A stretch of 64,000 nucleotides of DNA from an uncultured Candidatus Binatia bacterium (GCA_965220195.1 CBDCPK010000005.1:1347704-1411703), one strand, 5' to 3'; numbered from the stretch's first letter, positions 8,486 to 18,777 are shown. Notes: a model not told the origin generated them from the sequence alone. A program made the numbers and translations.

Positions 8486-10234
8486 ATGGCGGACCCGCGC
8501 ACAGACACCCACCAGGACATTCGCTACGAACCTGATGAGCGTCCTCCGCTCGCGCTCACCCTCGGGCTGGGGCTTCAGTATACCGTGATTGCTATGGCAA
8601 GCGTCATGGTGACGCCCGCCATAATGATCCAATTGGCCAAAGGCAGCGAGGCGTATTTATCCTGGGCGGTCTTTTCGGCGCTGATTATCAGCGGGGCCAC
8701 CACGCTCATTCAAGTGATCCGGTTTGGGCGCTTTGGCTCGGGCTATATTCTGCTTATGGGGAGCACGAACGCCTTCCTTCCCGTCTGCGTGTCAGCCCTG
8801 GAGCAGGGGGGGCCGGGTCTGTTGGCGAGTTTGATCATCATTTCCTCCTTCTTCCAGTTCATCATGGCCGGGAAGTTGTCGCTCCTTCGACAGATATTCA
8901 CGCCAACAGTGGCCGGTACCGCGATGCTCCTGATTCCCGTCATGATTGGGCCGCTTATCATGAAGAAGTTGGTGGACGTACCAGAGTGGGCTTCTCCTGC
9001 GGCTGCACCGGCAACGGCGGCCGTAACCGTCCTCGCGATGATCGTTGTGGCGATCCGCGGCTCTGGAATGTGGCGATTGTGGGCTCCCATCATCGGCTTA
9101 GGAGCCGGCAGTATCACGGGGGCCTTTTTCGGCCTATACGAGACCGCCCGCATTCCTGAAGCAGACTGGATTGGGACGCCCTCTATGGTATGGCCCGGAT
9201 TCGATCTGAGCTTTGGTCCGCACTTCTGGGCTCTGCTACCGGCGTTCGTGATGATAACATTTGTGGGAGCGCTCGATACGGTTGGGGATACCATCGCAAT
9301 ACAACGGGCCTCGTGGCGCAGACCGCGGGCCGTGGACTTTCGCTCGATACAAGGCTCGCTCAATGCCGACGGGCTGGGCAATCTGCTCTCGGGGCTTGCT
9401 GGTACGGTGCCGAACACGACCTATGCGGCCAGTATCGCGATTGCCGAAATCACCAGAGTGGCATCGCGGGCGGTTGGCGTGTGCGTGGGAGGACTGTTCC
9501 TGGTCATTGCCTTCCTGCCCAAACTGATCGCGGTGGTGTTGGCCATCCCGAGTCCGGTGATGGCAGCGTACCTCATTGTGATCGTGTCCGTTCTCTTTGT
9601 GATGGGTATTCGCGTTCTTGTCCAGGACGGACTCGACTATCAAAAGGGGGTGATTGTCGGATTCTCGTTCTGGACCGGAATTGCCATGCAGTTTGGCTGG
9701 ATATTCCCTGATTATCTCCATGGAACGCTGGGGGAATTGTTAGAGAACGGGGTGACAACCGGCTGCGGCATAGTGATCGTCCTGACCTTATTCCTTCGCC
9801 TGACGGGCTCACGTCCGCAACGTTTCAAGACTGCCGTCCATATAGAAGCACTCCCGAAAATGGACACCTTTCTGTCTGAATTTGCCGCCCGCAAACGCTG
9901 CGGCCCGGAATGGGCCGAGCAACTCCGAGCGGTCGGAGAGGAAGCATTACTGACGTTTATTCAACAGCAAGGCGGTGGAAAAGCACGGGAAGAGCGCCAA
10001 ATGCTCCTCATTGCACGAAAGAATGGCAGAGCAATCGATTTGGAGTTTATTGTGTCTGCCAACAAGGCCAACTTGGAGGATCAAATGGCAGTCCTCAGTG
10101 AACAGGCCGCTGAGATACCCAATGAAGATGAGCTTTCCCTGCGCCTGCTCCAACACCACGCTACGTCCGTACGCCATCAGCAATTCCACGATACCGACGT
10201 GGTCACGGTTCGTGTGGAGTCGGCGGGCTCTTGA
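8486..10234 (+). CDS. NCS2-like (xanthine/uracil permease family) transporter with a roughly 150-aa C-terminal cytoplasmic extension, paralog 1
   Basis: The N-terminus QDIRYEPDERPPLALTLGLGLQYTVIAM resembles the NCS2 GLQH region. There are about 12-14 predicted TM segments. The tail ends ...HHATSVRHQQFHDTDVVTVRVE and is shared with paralogs 2 and 3. Confidence 0.65.
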   Translation: MADPRTDTHQDIRYEPDERPPLALTLGLGLQYTVIAMASVMVTPAIMIQLAKGSEAYLSWAVFSALIISGATTLIQVIRFGRFGSGYILLMGSTNAFLPVCVSALEQGGPGLLASLIIISSFFQFIMAGKLSLLRQIFTPTVAGTAMLLIPVMIGPLIMKKLVDVPEWASPAAAPATAAVTVLAMIVVAIRGSGMWRLWAPIIGLGAGSITGAFFGLYETARIPEADWIGTPSMVWPGFDLSFGPHFWALLPAFVMITFVGALDTVGDTIAIQRASWRRPRAVDFRSIQGSLNADGLGNLLSGLAGTVPNTTYAASIAIAEITRVASRAVGVCVGGLFLVIAFLPKLIAVVLAIPSPVMAAYLIVIVSVLFVMGIRVLVQDGLDYQKGVIVGFSFWTGIAMQFGWIFPDYLHGTLGELLENGVTTGCGIVIVLTLFLRLTGSRPQRFKTAVHIEALPKMDTFLSEFAARKRCGPEWAEQLRAVGEEALLTFIQQQGGGKAREERQMLLIARKNGRAIDLEFIVSANKANLEDQMAVLSEQAAEIPNEDELSLRLLQHHATSVRHQQFHDTDVVTVRVESAGS

Positions 10235-10293
10235 TGTGTAGGGCCGCGCGACGCACGGCTCCTTACGCAACCACGAAGGGAAGGAAGTGAACG

Positions 10294-12045
10294 ATGGCGG
10301 AGCAGTCCACTCATACCCCCCAGGATATTCGCTACGAGCCCGATGAGCGTCCCCCACTTGCGCTCACCATCGGGCTTGGGCTCCAGTATGCCGTCCTCGT
10401 CGTTGCCGGCGTCGTGCTGACGCCGGTCATGATGATTAGAATTGCGGGCGGCAGTGAAGCCTATCTGTCCTGGGCGGTGTTCGCCGCGCTCGTGATCAGC
10501 GGGGTCACCTCGGTGATGCAGGCCGTCCGTATCGGGCACGTTGGCGCGGGCTATCTTCTCCTCATGGGCAGTTCGGGCGCCTTTATCGCCGTCTGCGTGT
10601 CAGCCCTGGAGCAGGGTGGGCCGGGACTGATGGCGAGCCTGATTATCATTGCCTCTCTCTTCCAGTTTGTGCTTGCGACCAAGCTGTCGTTGTTCCGGCG
10701 AATCTTCACGCCAACGGTGGCCGGCACCGTGCTGATGCTGATTCCGGTGACCATAGGACCGATCGTCCTGGGCAAGCTGACCGACGTGCCGGAGGGGGTG
10801 TCACCTGTGGCTGCGCCCGTGACTGCTTGTGTGACCCTGGTGGTCACGATTGCGATGTCGCTCGCTCGCTCCAGCACGTGGCGGCTCTGGGCTCCGGTCA
10901 TTGGGATAGGCGCGGGCAGCGCGGTCGGTGGTCTGGGCTTCGGCATCTACGACACCGCGCGTATCCTTGAGGCGGACTGGGTCGGCTTGCCCGCCGTCGC
11001 GTGGCCCGGCCTCGATCTCAGCTTCGGCCCGGCCTTCTGGGCCCTTTTGCCGGCGTTCGTGATGGTGACGCTTATTGGCGCACTCGATACGATTGGCGAC
11101 GGCATTGCGATCCAACGGGCCTCGTGGCGCAGGCCGCGTGCTATCGACTTCCGTGCGATTCAGGGCGCGCTCACTGCCGATGGCCTGGGTAATCTGCTCT
11201 CCGGTTTCGCCGGCACGGTGCCCAACACGACGTATGCGTCGAGTATCTCGGTCGCCGAAATTACCAGAGTGGCGGCTCGTTCTGTTGGCGCGTGTGTGGG
11301 TGTCATCTTCGTCGTGCTGGCCTTCCTGCCGAAATGTGTGGCCGCTGTGGTGGCCATCCCGAGTCAGGTAGTGGCGGCCTACTTCATCGTGCTGATGGCC
11401 ATCCTCTTCATCATGGGCATGCGCATCCTCTTTCAGGACGGTCTCGACTATCGAAAGGGCGTTATCGTGGGCCTCGCGTTCTGGATTGGGAGCGCGTTTC
11501 AGCTTGACTGGATCTTCCCGGAATACTTCCAGGGGCCGTGGAGCGAACTGCTCGGGAACGGGATGACCGTCGGCGGCTTCACCGTGATGTTCCTGACGCT
11601 GTTCGTCGAGCTGACCGCGTCGCGTCGCCAACGCCTCAAGACCCTCTTGAACGTCGATGCCTATTCAGAGGTTGATGCCTTCCTGTCTGGATTTGCTGCC
11701 CATCGGGGCTGGAATCAAGAGATGACGGATCGACTGCGCGCGGTCGGTGAGGAGACGCTCCTCGTCCTTATCCAGCAGAAAGAGAAAGGTTCGACACACG
11801 CCGAGCGCCGCCTGCTGCTCATCGCGCACGGCGATGGCGAGGCGGCTGATCTGGAGTTCATCGCCGCAGCCGACGAGACAAATATCGAAGATCAGATGGC
11901 ACTACTCAGCGAACGGGCTGCGGATACGCCGGTCGAGGAGGAACTCTCCCTGCGGCTGCTGCGACACTACGCCACGTCCGTGCGCCATCAGCAATTCCAC
12001 GACACTGACGTGGTCACAGTCCGCGTGGAGCCGATCGTCTCTTGA
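10294..12045 (+). CDS. NCS2-like permease with C-terminal extension, paralog 2
   Basis: It is about 70% identical by eye to paralog 1 over the whole length. An RBS (gaagggaaggaag) lies upstream. Confidence 0.65.
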   Translation: MAEQSTHTPQDIRYEPDERPPLALTIGLGLQYAVLVVAGVVLTPVMMIRIAGGSEAYLSWAVFAALVISGVTSVMQAVRIGHVGAGYLLLMGSSGAFIAVCVSALEQGGPGLMASLIIIASLFQFVLATKLSLFRRIFTPTVAGTVLMLIPVTIGPIVLGKLTDVPEGVSPVAAPVTACVTLVVTIAMSLARSSTWRLWAPVIGIGAGSAVGGLGFGIYDTARILEADWVGLPAVAWPGLDLSFGPAFWALLPAFVMVTLIGALDTIGDGIAIQRASWRRPRAIDFRAIQGALTADGLGNLLSGFAGTVPNTTYASSISVAEITRVAARSVGACVGVIFVVLAFLPKCVAAVVAIPSQVVAAYFIVLMAILFIMGMRILFQDGLDYRKGVIVGLAFWIGSAFQLDWIFPEYFQGPWSELLGNGMTVGGFTVMFLTLFVELTASRRQRLKTLLNVDAYSEVDAFLSGFAAHRGWNQEMTDRLRAVGEETLLVLIQQKEKGSTHAERRLLLIAHGDGEAADLEFIAAADETNIEDQMALLSERAADTPVEEELSLRLLRHYATSVRHQQFHDTDVVTVRVEPIVS

Positions 12046-12127
12046 TGATCAGACCCGATCAACGTGCGGCTCCTCTCGCGCTCTCCGTCTTCCTGACGCT
12101 GTGCCATGTCCCTGCTATAGTCATGAG

Positions 12128-13729
12128 GTGCCCCCAACTGACACGCCTGTAGACCCTTCCCAACAGACTCCTGACTCTTTGCGGTCCCGGATCGCTCGGA
12201 AGGGCAGCCCCATTATCATTGCGACGCTGCTGAGCCGGCCGCTGGGTTTTATCCGGGAAGCCGTTCAGGCCGCGCTGTTTGGGGCGTCTCGCCTGACGGA
12301 TGCCTTTCTGGTTGCGTACAACGTCCCGGAAATGATGCAGACCCTTTTCTTCAGTGGGGTGCTGAGCAATTTTTTCGTGCCGGTCATCACCCGCTATCGC
12401 GACAAGAAAGATGAGCTGAGTACGATTTTCAGCCTCGCTCTGAATGGGGCTCTCCTGTTGGCCGTGCTGCTGGCCGGTGGGTGTTATGTTTTCGCCTCCG
12501 GCCTTATGACCGCCGCTGCGCCTGGTTTGGCCGGGGACGATCACGAGCTGGCGGTTTTTCTGTTTCGGTTCATGCTGCCCATGCTGGTTCTGCACTGCCT
12601 GCTGGCCGTAATGAAGGGTACGCTTAACAGCCTCGACCACTACGCCATGCCGGAATACGCGGGGGTGTTTTTCAATCTGGTCATGATTCTGTGCGCCCTG
12701 GCTCTCGCGCCCAGCTATGGCATTACCAGTCTGGCGGTCGGCGTTGTTGCCGGTAGCGGCCTCCAAGTGCTTGTTCAGCTCCCCAGCCTGAGACGGTGCG
12801 GTATCCGCTATCGACTGACTCTGGCGTTCTCTCACCCGGCCCTGCGAGAAATGGGTGGCCTTGCGCTCGGCGCATTTATTGCCACGGCGGTTGTGCCGAT
12901 TAACGCCTTTGTGGCGCGGGCGCTGGCATCAACCCTGGCAGAAGGCAGTATCTCCGCGCTGGCGTATGCCTTTCGGGTGTTTCTGTTACCTGTCAGTCTG
13001 GTCGCGGTGCCGGTCTATACTGTGCTGCTGACGGAACTCTCAAGTGCCCACAACGAGGGACAGCTTGCGACTTTCAAAAAACAGGCCGAGGCCGGGCTCT
13101 CTCTGCTCTTCGCCCTTGCCCTGCCGGCAACGGCGATCCTGATTGCCCTGGCGCTGCCCATCACCCGCCTGCTGTACGAACGCGGTCAATTTACCCCGGA
13201 AGACGCGGCCATGACCAGCCAGGCCCTGATGGCCTACGGGATTGGCATCCTGGCCTATGGGACCAGTCAAGTGATGGTGCGCCTCTTTAACGCGACAAAA
13301 GACACCCGAACGCCCGCTTGGATTGGCGTTGGCTCGGTTGGGCTGCACGCGGCCGGCTGTTGGCTACTGATGCAGGTATGGAGCCACTGGGGTATTGCCC
13401 TGGTGACCTCGCTGGTGTCCTATCTGAATACACTTGTCCTGTACGTTATTTTTCGGCGACGACACGGTCCGCTGGATGAAGGGACACTCCTTCGAAGTCT
13501 TGGGGCTCATGTCTTGTTAGCGATGGTTTTGGGCGGTTGCCTGTTTTTTTTCAGCCAGCCTCTGGCCGCTGCCCCCGGCTCGCTCATGACCGGTGAGCGT
13601 CTCCTCCGTTTGGCTGGAATCCTGGTCGCCGGCGGGGGTGTGTATCTCGCGCTCGGTCTGCTGCTCAAAGTCGAAGAGATTCGTACGGGAGTGCGTGTAC
13701 TCAAGCGGGCGGCGAGGGGACTGAAATAA
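12128..13729 (+). CDS. murJ: Lipid II flippase MurJ (MviN family)
   Basis: ...SRIARKGSPIIIATLLSRPLGFIREAVQAALFGASRLTDAFLVAYNVPEMMQTLFFSGVLSNFFVP matches the MurJ N-terminus, and there are 14 TM segments. There is no ATG after the upstream stop. The start is therefore assigned to GTG 12128 (alternatively TTG 12179). The first 127 codons of the ORF-track entry are a non-coding overlap. Confidence 0.7.
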   Translation: MPPTDTPVDPSQQTPDSLRSRIARKGSPIIIATLLSRPLGFIREAVQAALFGASRLTDAFLVAYNVPEMMQTLFFSGVLSNFFVPVITRYRDKKDELSTIFSLALNGALLLAVLLAGGCYVFASGLMTAAAPGLAGDDHELAVFLFRFMLPMLVLHCLLAVMKGTLNSLDHYAMPEYAGVFFNLVMILCALALAPSYGITSLAVGVVAGSGLQVLVQLPSLRRCGIRYRLTLAFSHPALREMGGLALGAFIATAVVPINAFVARALASTLAEGSISALAYAFRVFLLPVSLVAVPVYTVLLTELSSAHNEGQLATFKKQAEAGLSLLFALALPATAILIALALPITRLLYERGQFTPEDAAMTSQALMAYGIGILAYGTSQVMVRLFNATKDTRTPAWIGVGSVGLHAAGCWLLMQVWSHWGIALVTSLVSYLNTLVLYVIFRRRHGPLDEGTLLRSLGAHVLLAMVLGGCLFFFSQPLAAAPGSLMTGERLLRLAGILVAGGGVYLALGLLLKVEEIRTGVRVLKRAARGLK

Positions 13730-13744
13730 AATCGGAACGAAAAG

Positions 13745-14686
13745 TTACCGTATGCTTTGTGCATCTTCGACAAAGGGGCAAGGGAGATGCTCTGCGCTGA
13801 ACTGACGCCGTAGGGCCGTGGGCGCGGCAAAGGACGAGCCGCGGATAGACCAGAACGATTGACTCGGATACTCGCTCCGGGTTGGAGAATAACCGGAAAT
13901 GCACGTAATCGGAATGTCCGGGCATTGGTCGTTGTTGACGGCATAGCCGATGGGTTTGCCCGGTGCGTGGGAAATCAGCCGAATCAGGTAGGCGGCATGG
14001 TCGTGGATATCGACAAAGACGTTATCCGCGACAAAACGCCGCAACTCCGGTTCCACCGCACCAACGGTGATGACACCATTCGCAAAGGAATAGGTATTGA
14101 CCATGCCTGGCCCGCCGTTGCCGGCGATGGTGTACACGTTCACCCCCGAATCAACCAACGCCTCAAGCGTTCGAATAATCTCATAGGTTAACAGCCAGGT
14201 TTCCTCCGACTCTCCCCACTTTCTGATTTGGGCCTTGTATGCCTCGGCACGTTCAAGCCGGAGAGGTTTTTCAAAAGCACTGATCAGGGTGGACGATTCC
14301 CAGGACATCAGGACCGCATCAATGCGCTCACCCAGAAAGACTTGCCGCTTGATACGCTGCAACGTGGCCAGCAGTTCGTGTTTGGGCGGATTATAGTTTC
14401 GGACCGGATACGGAATAAGCGAGACCAGGGGATGGGCCGCAATCAGGCTGACCATGTCGCCATGATAATAGGGTTCGCGAATCCAATCGCGGTCCAGATC
14501 GACGATTCCATAGAGCCAGCGTTGGGTTGTCCGCTCTTCCTGCGTCTTGAATACTGCATCGCCCGGATAAAAATGATCCACCACGGCCACGCGGTAGCGG
14601 GCCTCTGTGGGTTGTAAGGACTGGAAGGTGCACGGAGTGTGCAGCAGTGCAGCCGTAGCCACGGTCAGAAAAGAGACAATCCCCAT
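13745..14686 (-). CDS. Secreted protein with a divergent subtilase (S8)-like triad
   Basis: It has a signal peptide. Candidate Asp (VAVVDHF), His (HGDMVS) and Ser (GSSFAAP, like GTSMAAP) lie in subtilase order, and an AGNGGPG glycine-rich segment is present. Similarity is weak. Confidence 0.4.
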   Translation of the reverse strand: MGIVSFLTVATAALLHTPCTFQSLQPTEARYRVAVVDHFYPGDAVFKTQEERTTQRWLYGIVDLDRDWIREPYYHGDMVSLIAAHPLVSLIPYPVRNYNPPKHELLATLQRIKRQVFLGERIDAVLMSWESSTLISAFEKPLRLERAEAYKAQIRKWGESEETWLLTYEIIRTLEALVDSGVNVYTIAGNGGPGMVNTYSFANGVITVGAVEPELRRFVADNVFVDIHDHAAYLIRLISHAPGKPIGYAVNNDQCPDIPITCISGYSPTRSEYPSQSFWSIRGSSFAAPTALRRQFSAEHLPCPFVEDAQSIR

Positions 14687-14804
14687 AAGCGACCCCCCCA
14701 GGACAACTATTATGGCATGGATTGAGGAGATAGGGTAACGAAAACATTCCCTGTGAGGTGCGGGAGCATTATCGGCCGTTCATATGGGACATGAGGAGTG
14801 CGTG

Positions 14805-16571
14805 ATGGGTGTTGACGATTCCGGCCAGCTTGCGAGCGTACGCTACCAGCCCGACGAAAAACCGCCGCCAGCGATTGCGTTCGGTCTCGGTCTACAGTTC
14901 GCCATTCTCATCATTGCCAGAATAGTCGTGATCCCCATGGTTGTGGTCCGGGCCGGCGGTGGGACCGAAGCCTACCTGTCCTGGGCGCTGTTTGCCGCAG
15001 TCTCGATCTGTGGCCTGACCACGGTACTGCAAGCGTTCCGGTTTGGCCGTATTGGTGCGGGCTATGTCGCCGTGATGGGCACCTCCCTGGCTGTCGTAGC
15101 GGTGAGCATCACGGCGGTGGCCGAGGGCGGCCCGGCGTTGCTCGCGACCCTGGTGGTCGTTGCGTCGCTGGTCCCGCTGGCGCTTTCCGCCCGGCTCTCG
15201 CTGTTTCGGCGGCTCCTGACCCCGACCGTTTCGGGGACGGTCATCATGCTGATCCCGGCCACATTGATGCCAACGGTCTTCGGTCTCCTAGAGGAGGTGC
15301 CGGTGGGAACCTCGACTCTGGCCGCTCCGTTGAGTGCCCTCGTGACCGTGTTGATCATTATCGGCATCGCGCTCAGGACAACAGGAGCGCTGCGTCTCTG
15401 GGCACCGGTGATCGGTGTAGCCCTCGGCTCTTTGGCGGCGGGGTGGGTCGGTCTCTTCAACGTGGACGGCATCGCCGAGGCTGCGTGGGTCGGCCTCCCG
15501 GCGGGCGAATGGCCCGGCTTGGCTCTTGATTTCGGACCAATTTTTTGGGCGCTTCTGCCCGCATTCGTACTCGTGGCTCTGATCGAAAGCGTCCAGACGA
15601 TCAGCAATGCCGTCGCCGTACAGCGTGTCTCCTGGCGGCAGCTCCGGGCGGTGGATTTTCGGGCGGTACAGGGTGCGGTGACGGCAGCCGGAATCGGCAA
15701 CCTGCTGTCTGGCTTGGCCGGAACGGTGCCGAATACACTGCTATCGACCGGCGTGGCGGTGGTCGAACTCACCGGGGCGGCGGCCCGCCGCGTCGGGGTT
15801 GCCGTTGGGGTCGTATTCGTCGCCGTCGCCTTCCTTCCCAAGGCGCTCGCCGTGGTCCTGGCGATACCGGGTCCGGTCGTCGCGGCCTATCTCGCCGTCT
15901 TACAGGCGACGCTCTTCGTGGTCGGCATGAAGGTCATCGTTCAGGACGGAATCGACTATCGCAAGGGGTTGGTTGTCGGCCTGTCGTTCTGGGTCGGTGT
16001 CGGTTTTCAGAATGGCGCGATATTCCCCGAGTTTGCTCAGGCATTCGCCGGAGGCCTGCTGCGGAATGGGGTCACGGCCGGCGGTCTCATGGCCATCCTG
16101 ATGACGTTCTTCATGGAGATGACAAAACCGCGCCGTGGCCGGATGGAGACACGGTTCGATCTCTCAGCTCTGCCAAAGATCAGGGAGTTTCTCGTCGCGT
16201 TCGCGTCCCGTGGTGGCTGGGCTGGGACGATGGCCGAGCGCCTTGAGGCTGTCGGCGAGGAGACGTTGCTGACGCTGCTCGGGCAAGACGAGGCCGGCGA
16301 GGAGAAAGAGCAGCGACGGCTCCTCTTGATGGCGCGCAAGGAGGGGGATAGAGCGGTACTCGAGTTCATTGCGGCGACCGGCAAGGACAATCTCCAGGAT
16401 CGGATCGCGCTGCTTGGCGATCAGATGGGCGAAATTCCGATCGAGCGGGACGTTTCGCTTCGGCTGTTGCGACACCTCGCGTCTTCGGTTCGCCACGAGC
16501 AATATCATGACACTGATATCGTGACTGTCCGTGTGGATGCCCCGGAGAAAATTCCCGGCGGGCATGCCTAA
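14805..16571 (+). CDS. NCS2-like permease with C-terminal extension, paralog 3
   Basis: It has the same architecture as paralogs 1 and 2: ...YQPDEKPPPAIAFGLGLQFAIL... and the shared tail ...SSVRHEQYHDTDIVTVRVD. An RBS (gaggag) lies 6 nt before ATG 14805. Confidence 0.65.
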   Translation: MGVDDSGQLASVRYQPDEKPPPAIAFGLGLQFAILIIARIVVIPMVVVRAGGGTEAYLSWALFAAVSICGLTTVLQAFRFGRIGAGYVAVMGTSLAVVAVSITAVAEGGPALLATLVVVASLVPLALSARLSLFRRLLTPTVSGTVIMLIPATLMPTVFGLLEEVPVGTSTLAAPLSALVTVLIIIGIALRTTGALRLWAPVIGVALGSLAAGWVGLFNVDGIAEAAWVGLPAGEWPGLALDFGPIFWALLPAFVLVALIESVQTISNAVAVQRVSWRQLRAVDFRAVQGAVTAAGIGNLLSGLAGTVPNTLLSTGVAVVELTGAAARRVGVAVGVVFVAVAFLPKALAVVLAIPGPVVAAYLAVLQATLFVVGMKVIVQDGIDYRKGLVVGLSFWVGVGFQNGAIFPEFAQAFAGGLLRNGVTAGGLMAILMTFFMEMTKPRRGRMETRFDLSALPKIREFLVAFASRGGWAGTMAERLEAVGEETLLTLLGQDEAGEEKEQRRLLLMARKEGDRAVLEFIAATGKDNLQDRIALLGDQMGEIPIERDVSLRLLRHLASSVRHEQYHDTDIVTVRVDAPEKIPGGHA

Positions 16572-16710
16572 AGCGGCCATGAGTAGGCGTGGGGTAGTGC
16601 GCCCCCTTCTCCTGTACCGAGTTGGAATGCGTGTATAGCTGTAAGGTTATAGTCTATCGTGAGACGCGTGCATTCCAGGGGCGGACGGGCGTAGCGTGAT
16701 CCGATCCAAG

Positions 16711-18600
16711 TTATTGAGAGAGGGCTTCGAGCACTTCCCAGCGTTCGTAGGCCTGTGCGAGTTCTCGTTCGATGTCGCGCAGGCGCTGTTGCAATGGCGC
16801 GACCTCCGCTCCGCCTCCACGGTAGAGTGCGGCGTCGGACAGTCTGGCGTGTATCTTGGTCTGCTCGTGCTCAAGCGCCTCAATGCGCTGCGGCAGCGCT
16901 TCAAGCTCGCGCTGTTCCTTGTAGCTGAGCTTGCGCTGCCGTTCCTGACGTTCTCGTTGGAGAGGTGCCGCTTTCGGCTCAGGTTTCTGGGGTGCGCTTT
17001 CCGTGGGGAGACGCTGACGCAGCCAGTCATCATAGCCACCAATATATTCGCCAATGTGTCCGTCGCTTTCAAAGGCGAGGGTGCTGGTGACAACATTATT
17101 GAGAAAAGTACGATCATGGCTCACCAAGAGGATTGTACCGGAGTAGGCGAGCAGGAGTTCTTCGAGCAGTTCCAGGGTCTCGGCGTCGAGATCGTTGGTG
17201 GGCTCGTCGAGGACCAGCACATTCGAAGGCTGGGTAAACAGGCGGGCGAGCAACACCCGGTTCCGCTCGCCGCCGGATAAGACACTCACCGGACTCCGGG
17301 CACGGTCCGGCGAAAACAGAAAGTCTTGCAGGTAGCCGATGATATGGCGTTCCTTGCCGCCGAAGGTGACGTGATCGTTTCCCCGTCCCACGATCTCCTG
17401 GACCGTTTTATCAGCATCAAGTGGCGTACGGAGTTGGTCGAAATACGCGACTGCCAGGTTGGTGCCGTGCTGGACACTGCCGTGTTGGGGCATGAGTTCG
17501 CCCAATAAAAGCTGAAGCAATGTCGTTTTTCCTATGCCGTTCGGACCGATGATGCCGATCTTATCACCACGCATAATCACCGTGGAAAAGTCCTTGACAA
17601 CAGGCTGGTCGGCATAGGCGTAGCTGACATCTTGCGCCCGCAGCACGAGTTTTCCGGAGCGCTCCGCTTCCTGGACCTGGAGACGGACCGTGCCCGGTTG
17701 CTCGCGGCGGGCGCTCCGGGTCGCCCGTAACGCCTGAAGGGCTCGCACACGGCCCTCATTCCGAGTCCGTCGGGCTTTAATGCCCTGACGAATCCAGGCC
17801 TCTTCCTGGGCGAGTTTTTTATCGAACTGGGCCCAGTGTTGGGCCTCAGTCTCAAACGCCGCCTGTTTCCGTTCCAGGAAGGTTTCATAGTCGCACGACC
17901 AACTCGTCAAACGTCCCCGGTCGAGTTCCACAATACGGGTGGCAAGATTTTTGAGCAGCATGCGATCGTGGGTCACAAAGACGAGGGTCTTGCCCTGTTG
18001 CAGCAAGAACTCTTCGAGCCAGGTAATAGACTCGACATCGAGATGGTTGGTCGGTTCGTCGAGCAGTAGAATATCGGGATCGCTCACCAAGGCTTCTGCT
18101 AGCAGCACGCGGCGTTTGAGCCCGCCGGAAAGCGTGTTGAATGCGGCACGCTCGTCGAGTTTCAACCGGGTCAGTGTTTGCTCAACCCGCTGATGGACCA
18201 GCCAGCCGCCGTTGCTATCGACAGTCTGTTGCAGCTGCTCCAACTGCCGGAGCAGTTTTGGGTCATTCGTTTGGCTCACTTGAGCACTGACGGTGTGATA
18301 GGCCGCCAGAGTGTCGCCCAGCCGGCCTAAGCCCTGGGTCACGCGCTGTAATACCGTCCCAGGCAGAGACAGAGGAATGTCCTGAGGGAGGAATCTGGCG
18401 CGTGTATCCTTAGCGCGGACGAGCTGACCGGCATCGGGCCGGACCTCACCCTGAATCACTTTCATCAGGGTAGACTTCCCCGCCCCGTTGCGGCCCAGGA
18501 TGCCAACCCGCTCCCCCGCTTCGAGTTGCAAACTCACCCCGTCCAGCAACGGCGGCTCTCCAAAGCTGACCCGGACATCCTGAAGGCTCAGTACTGCCAT
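16711..18600 (-). CDS. ABC-F family ATPase (Uup/EttA-like, tandem ABC domains)
   Basis: It has two Walker A motifs (GRNGAGKST, GPNGIGKTT) and two LSGGE signatures, and no TM domain. The C-terminal coiled-coil region is typical of Uup. Confidence 0.85.
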   Translation of the reverse strand: MAVLSLQDVRVSFGEPPLLDGVSLQLEAGERVGILGRNGAGKSTLMKVIQGEVRPDAGQLVRAKDTRARFLPQDIPLSLPGTVLQRVTQGLGRLGDTLAAYHTVSAQVSQTNDPKLLRQLEQLQQTVDSNGGWLVHQRVEQTLTRLKLDERAAFNTLSGGLKRRVLLAEALVSDPDILLLDEPTNHLDVESITWLEEFLLQQGKTLVFVTHDRMLLKNLATRIVELDRGRLTSWSCDYETFLERKQAAFETEAQHWAQFDKKLAQEEAWIRQGIKARRTRNEGRVRALQALRATRSARREQPGTVRLQVQEAERSGKLVLRAQDVSYAYADQPVVKDFSTVIMRGDKIGIIGPNGIGKTTLLQLLLGELMPQHGSVQHGTNLAVAYFDQLRTPLDADKTVQEIVGRGNDHVTFGGKERHIIGYLQDFLFSPDRARSPVSVLSGGERNRVLLARLFTQPSNVLVLDEPTNDLDAETLELLEELLLAYSGTILLVSHDRTFLNNVVTSTLAFESDGHIGEYIGGYDDWLRQRLPTESAPQKPEPKAAPLQRERQERQRKLSYKEQRELEALPQRIEALEHEQTKIHARLSDAALYRGGGAEVAPLQQRLRDIERELAQAYERWEVLEALSQ

Positions 18601-18777
18601 GTCAGGAGGTTTCTCATATTCGAGGGCGGAAGGCTATTGCCGTCATGCGCTATGGATGCTCGTGCGAGTGTTGTAAAATGTCCACTTCGACACAATGACA
18701 ATAGCCTCAGGCTGGCCGCTTTATCTCTAGCAGGTTTTCGAGTAAACAAAGCGGGCAACGGTGGAAGGAAGGCCATT

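Noticed and set aside
8743-11631. Long minus-strand ORFs (8743-9417, 10801-11631, and also 15062-15841) inside the permease genes
   Set aside because: They are antisense to clearly homologous transporter frames and have Arg/Pro/Ala-rich junk translations, which is typical of high-GC shadow frames.
11747-12127. First 127 codons of the ORF-track entry for murJ (MRRRSSSLSS…)
   Set aside because: This stretch overlaps the permease gene in another frame and has no MurJ similarity. The real start is downstream at GTG 12128 or TTG 12179.
12059-12835. 258-aa minus-strand ORF inside murJ
   Set aside because: It is antisense to a well-supported 14-TM MurJ frame.
16164-17280. ORFs 16164-16580 (minus) and 16696-17280 (plus) around the permease-3 and ABC-F junction
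   Set aside because: The first is antisense to the permease tail and the second is antisense to the ABC-F C-terminus. Neither has any domain.
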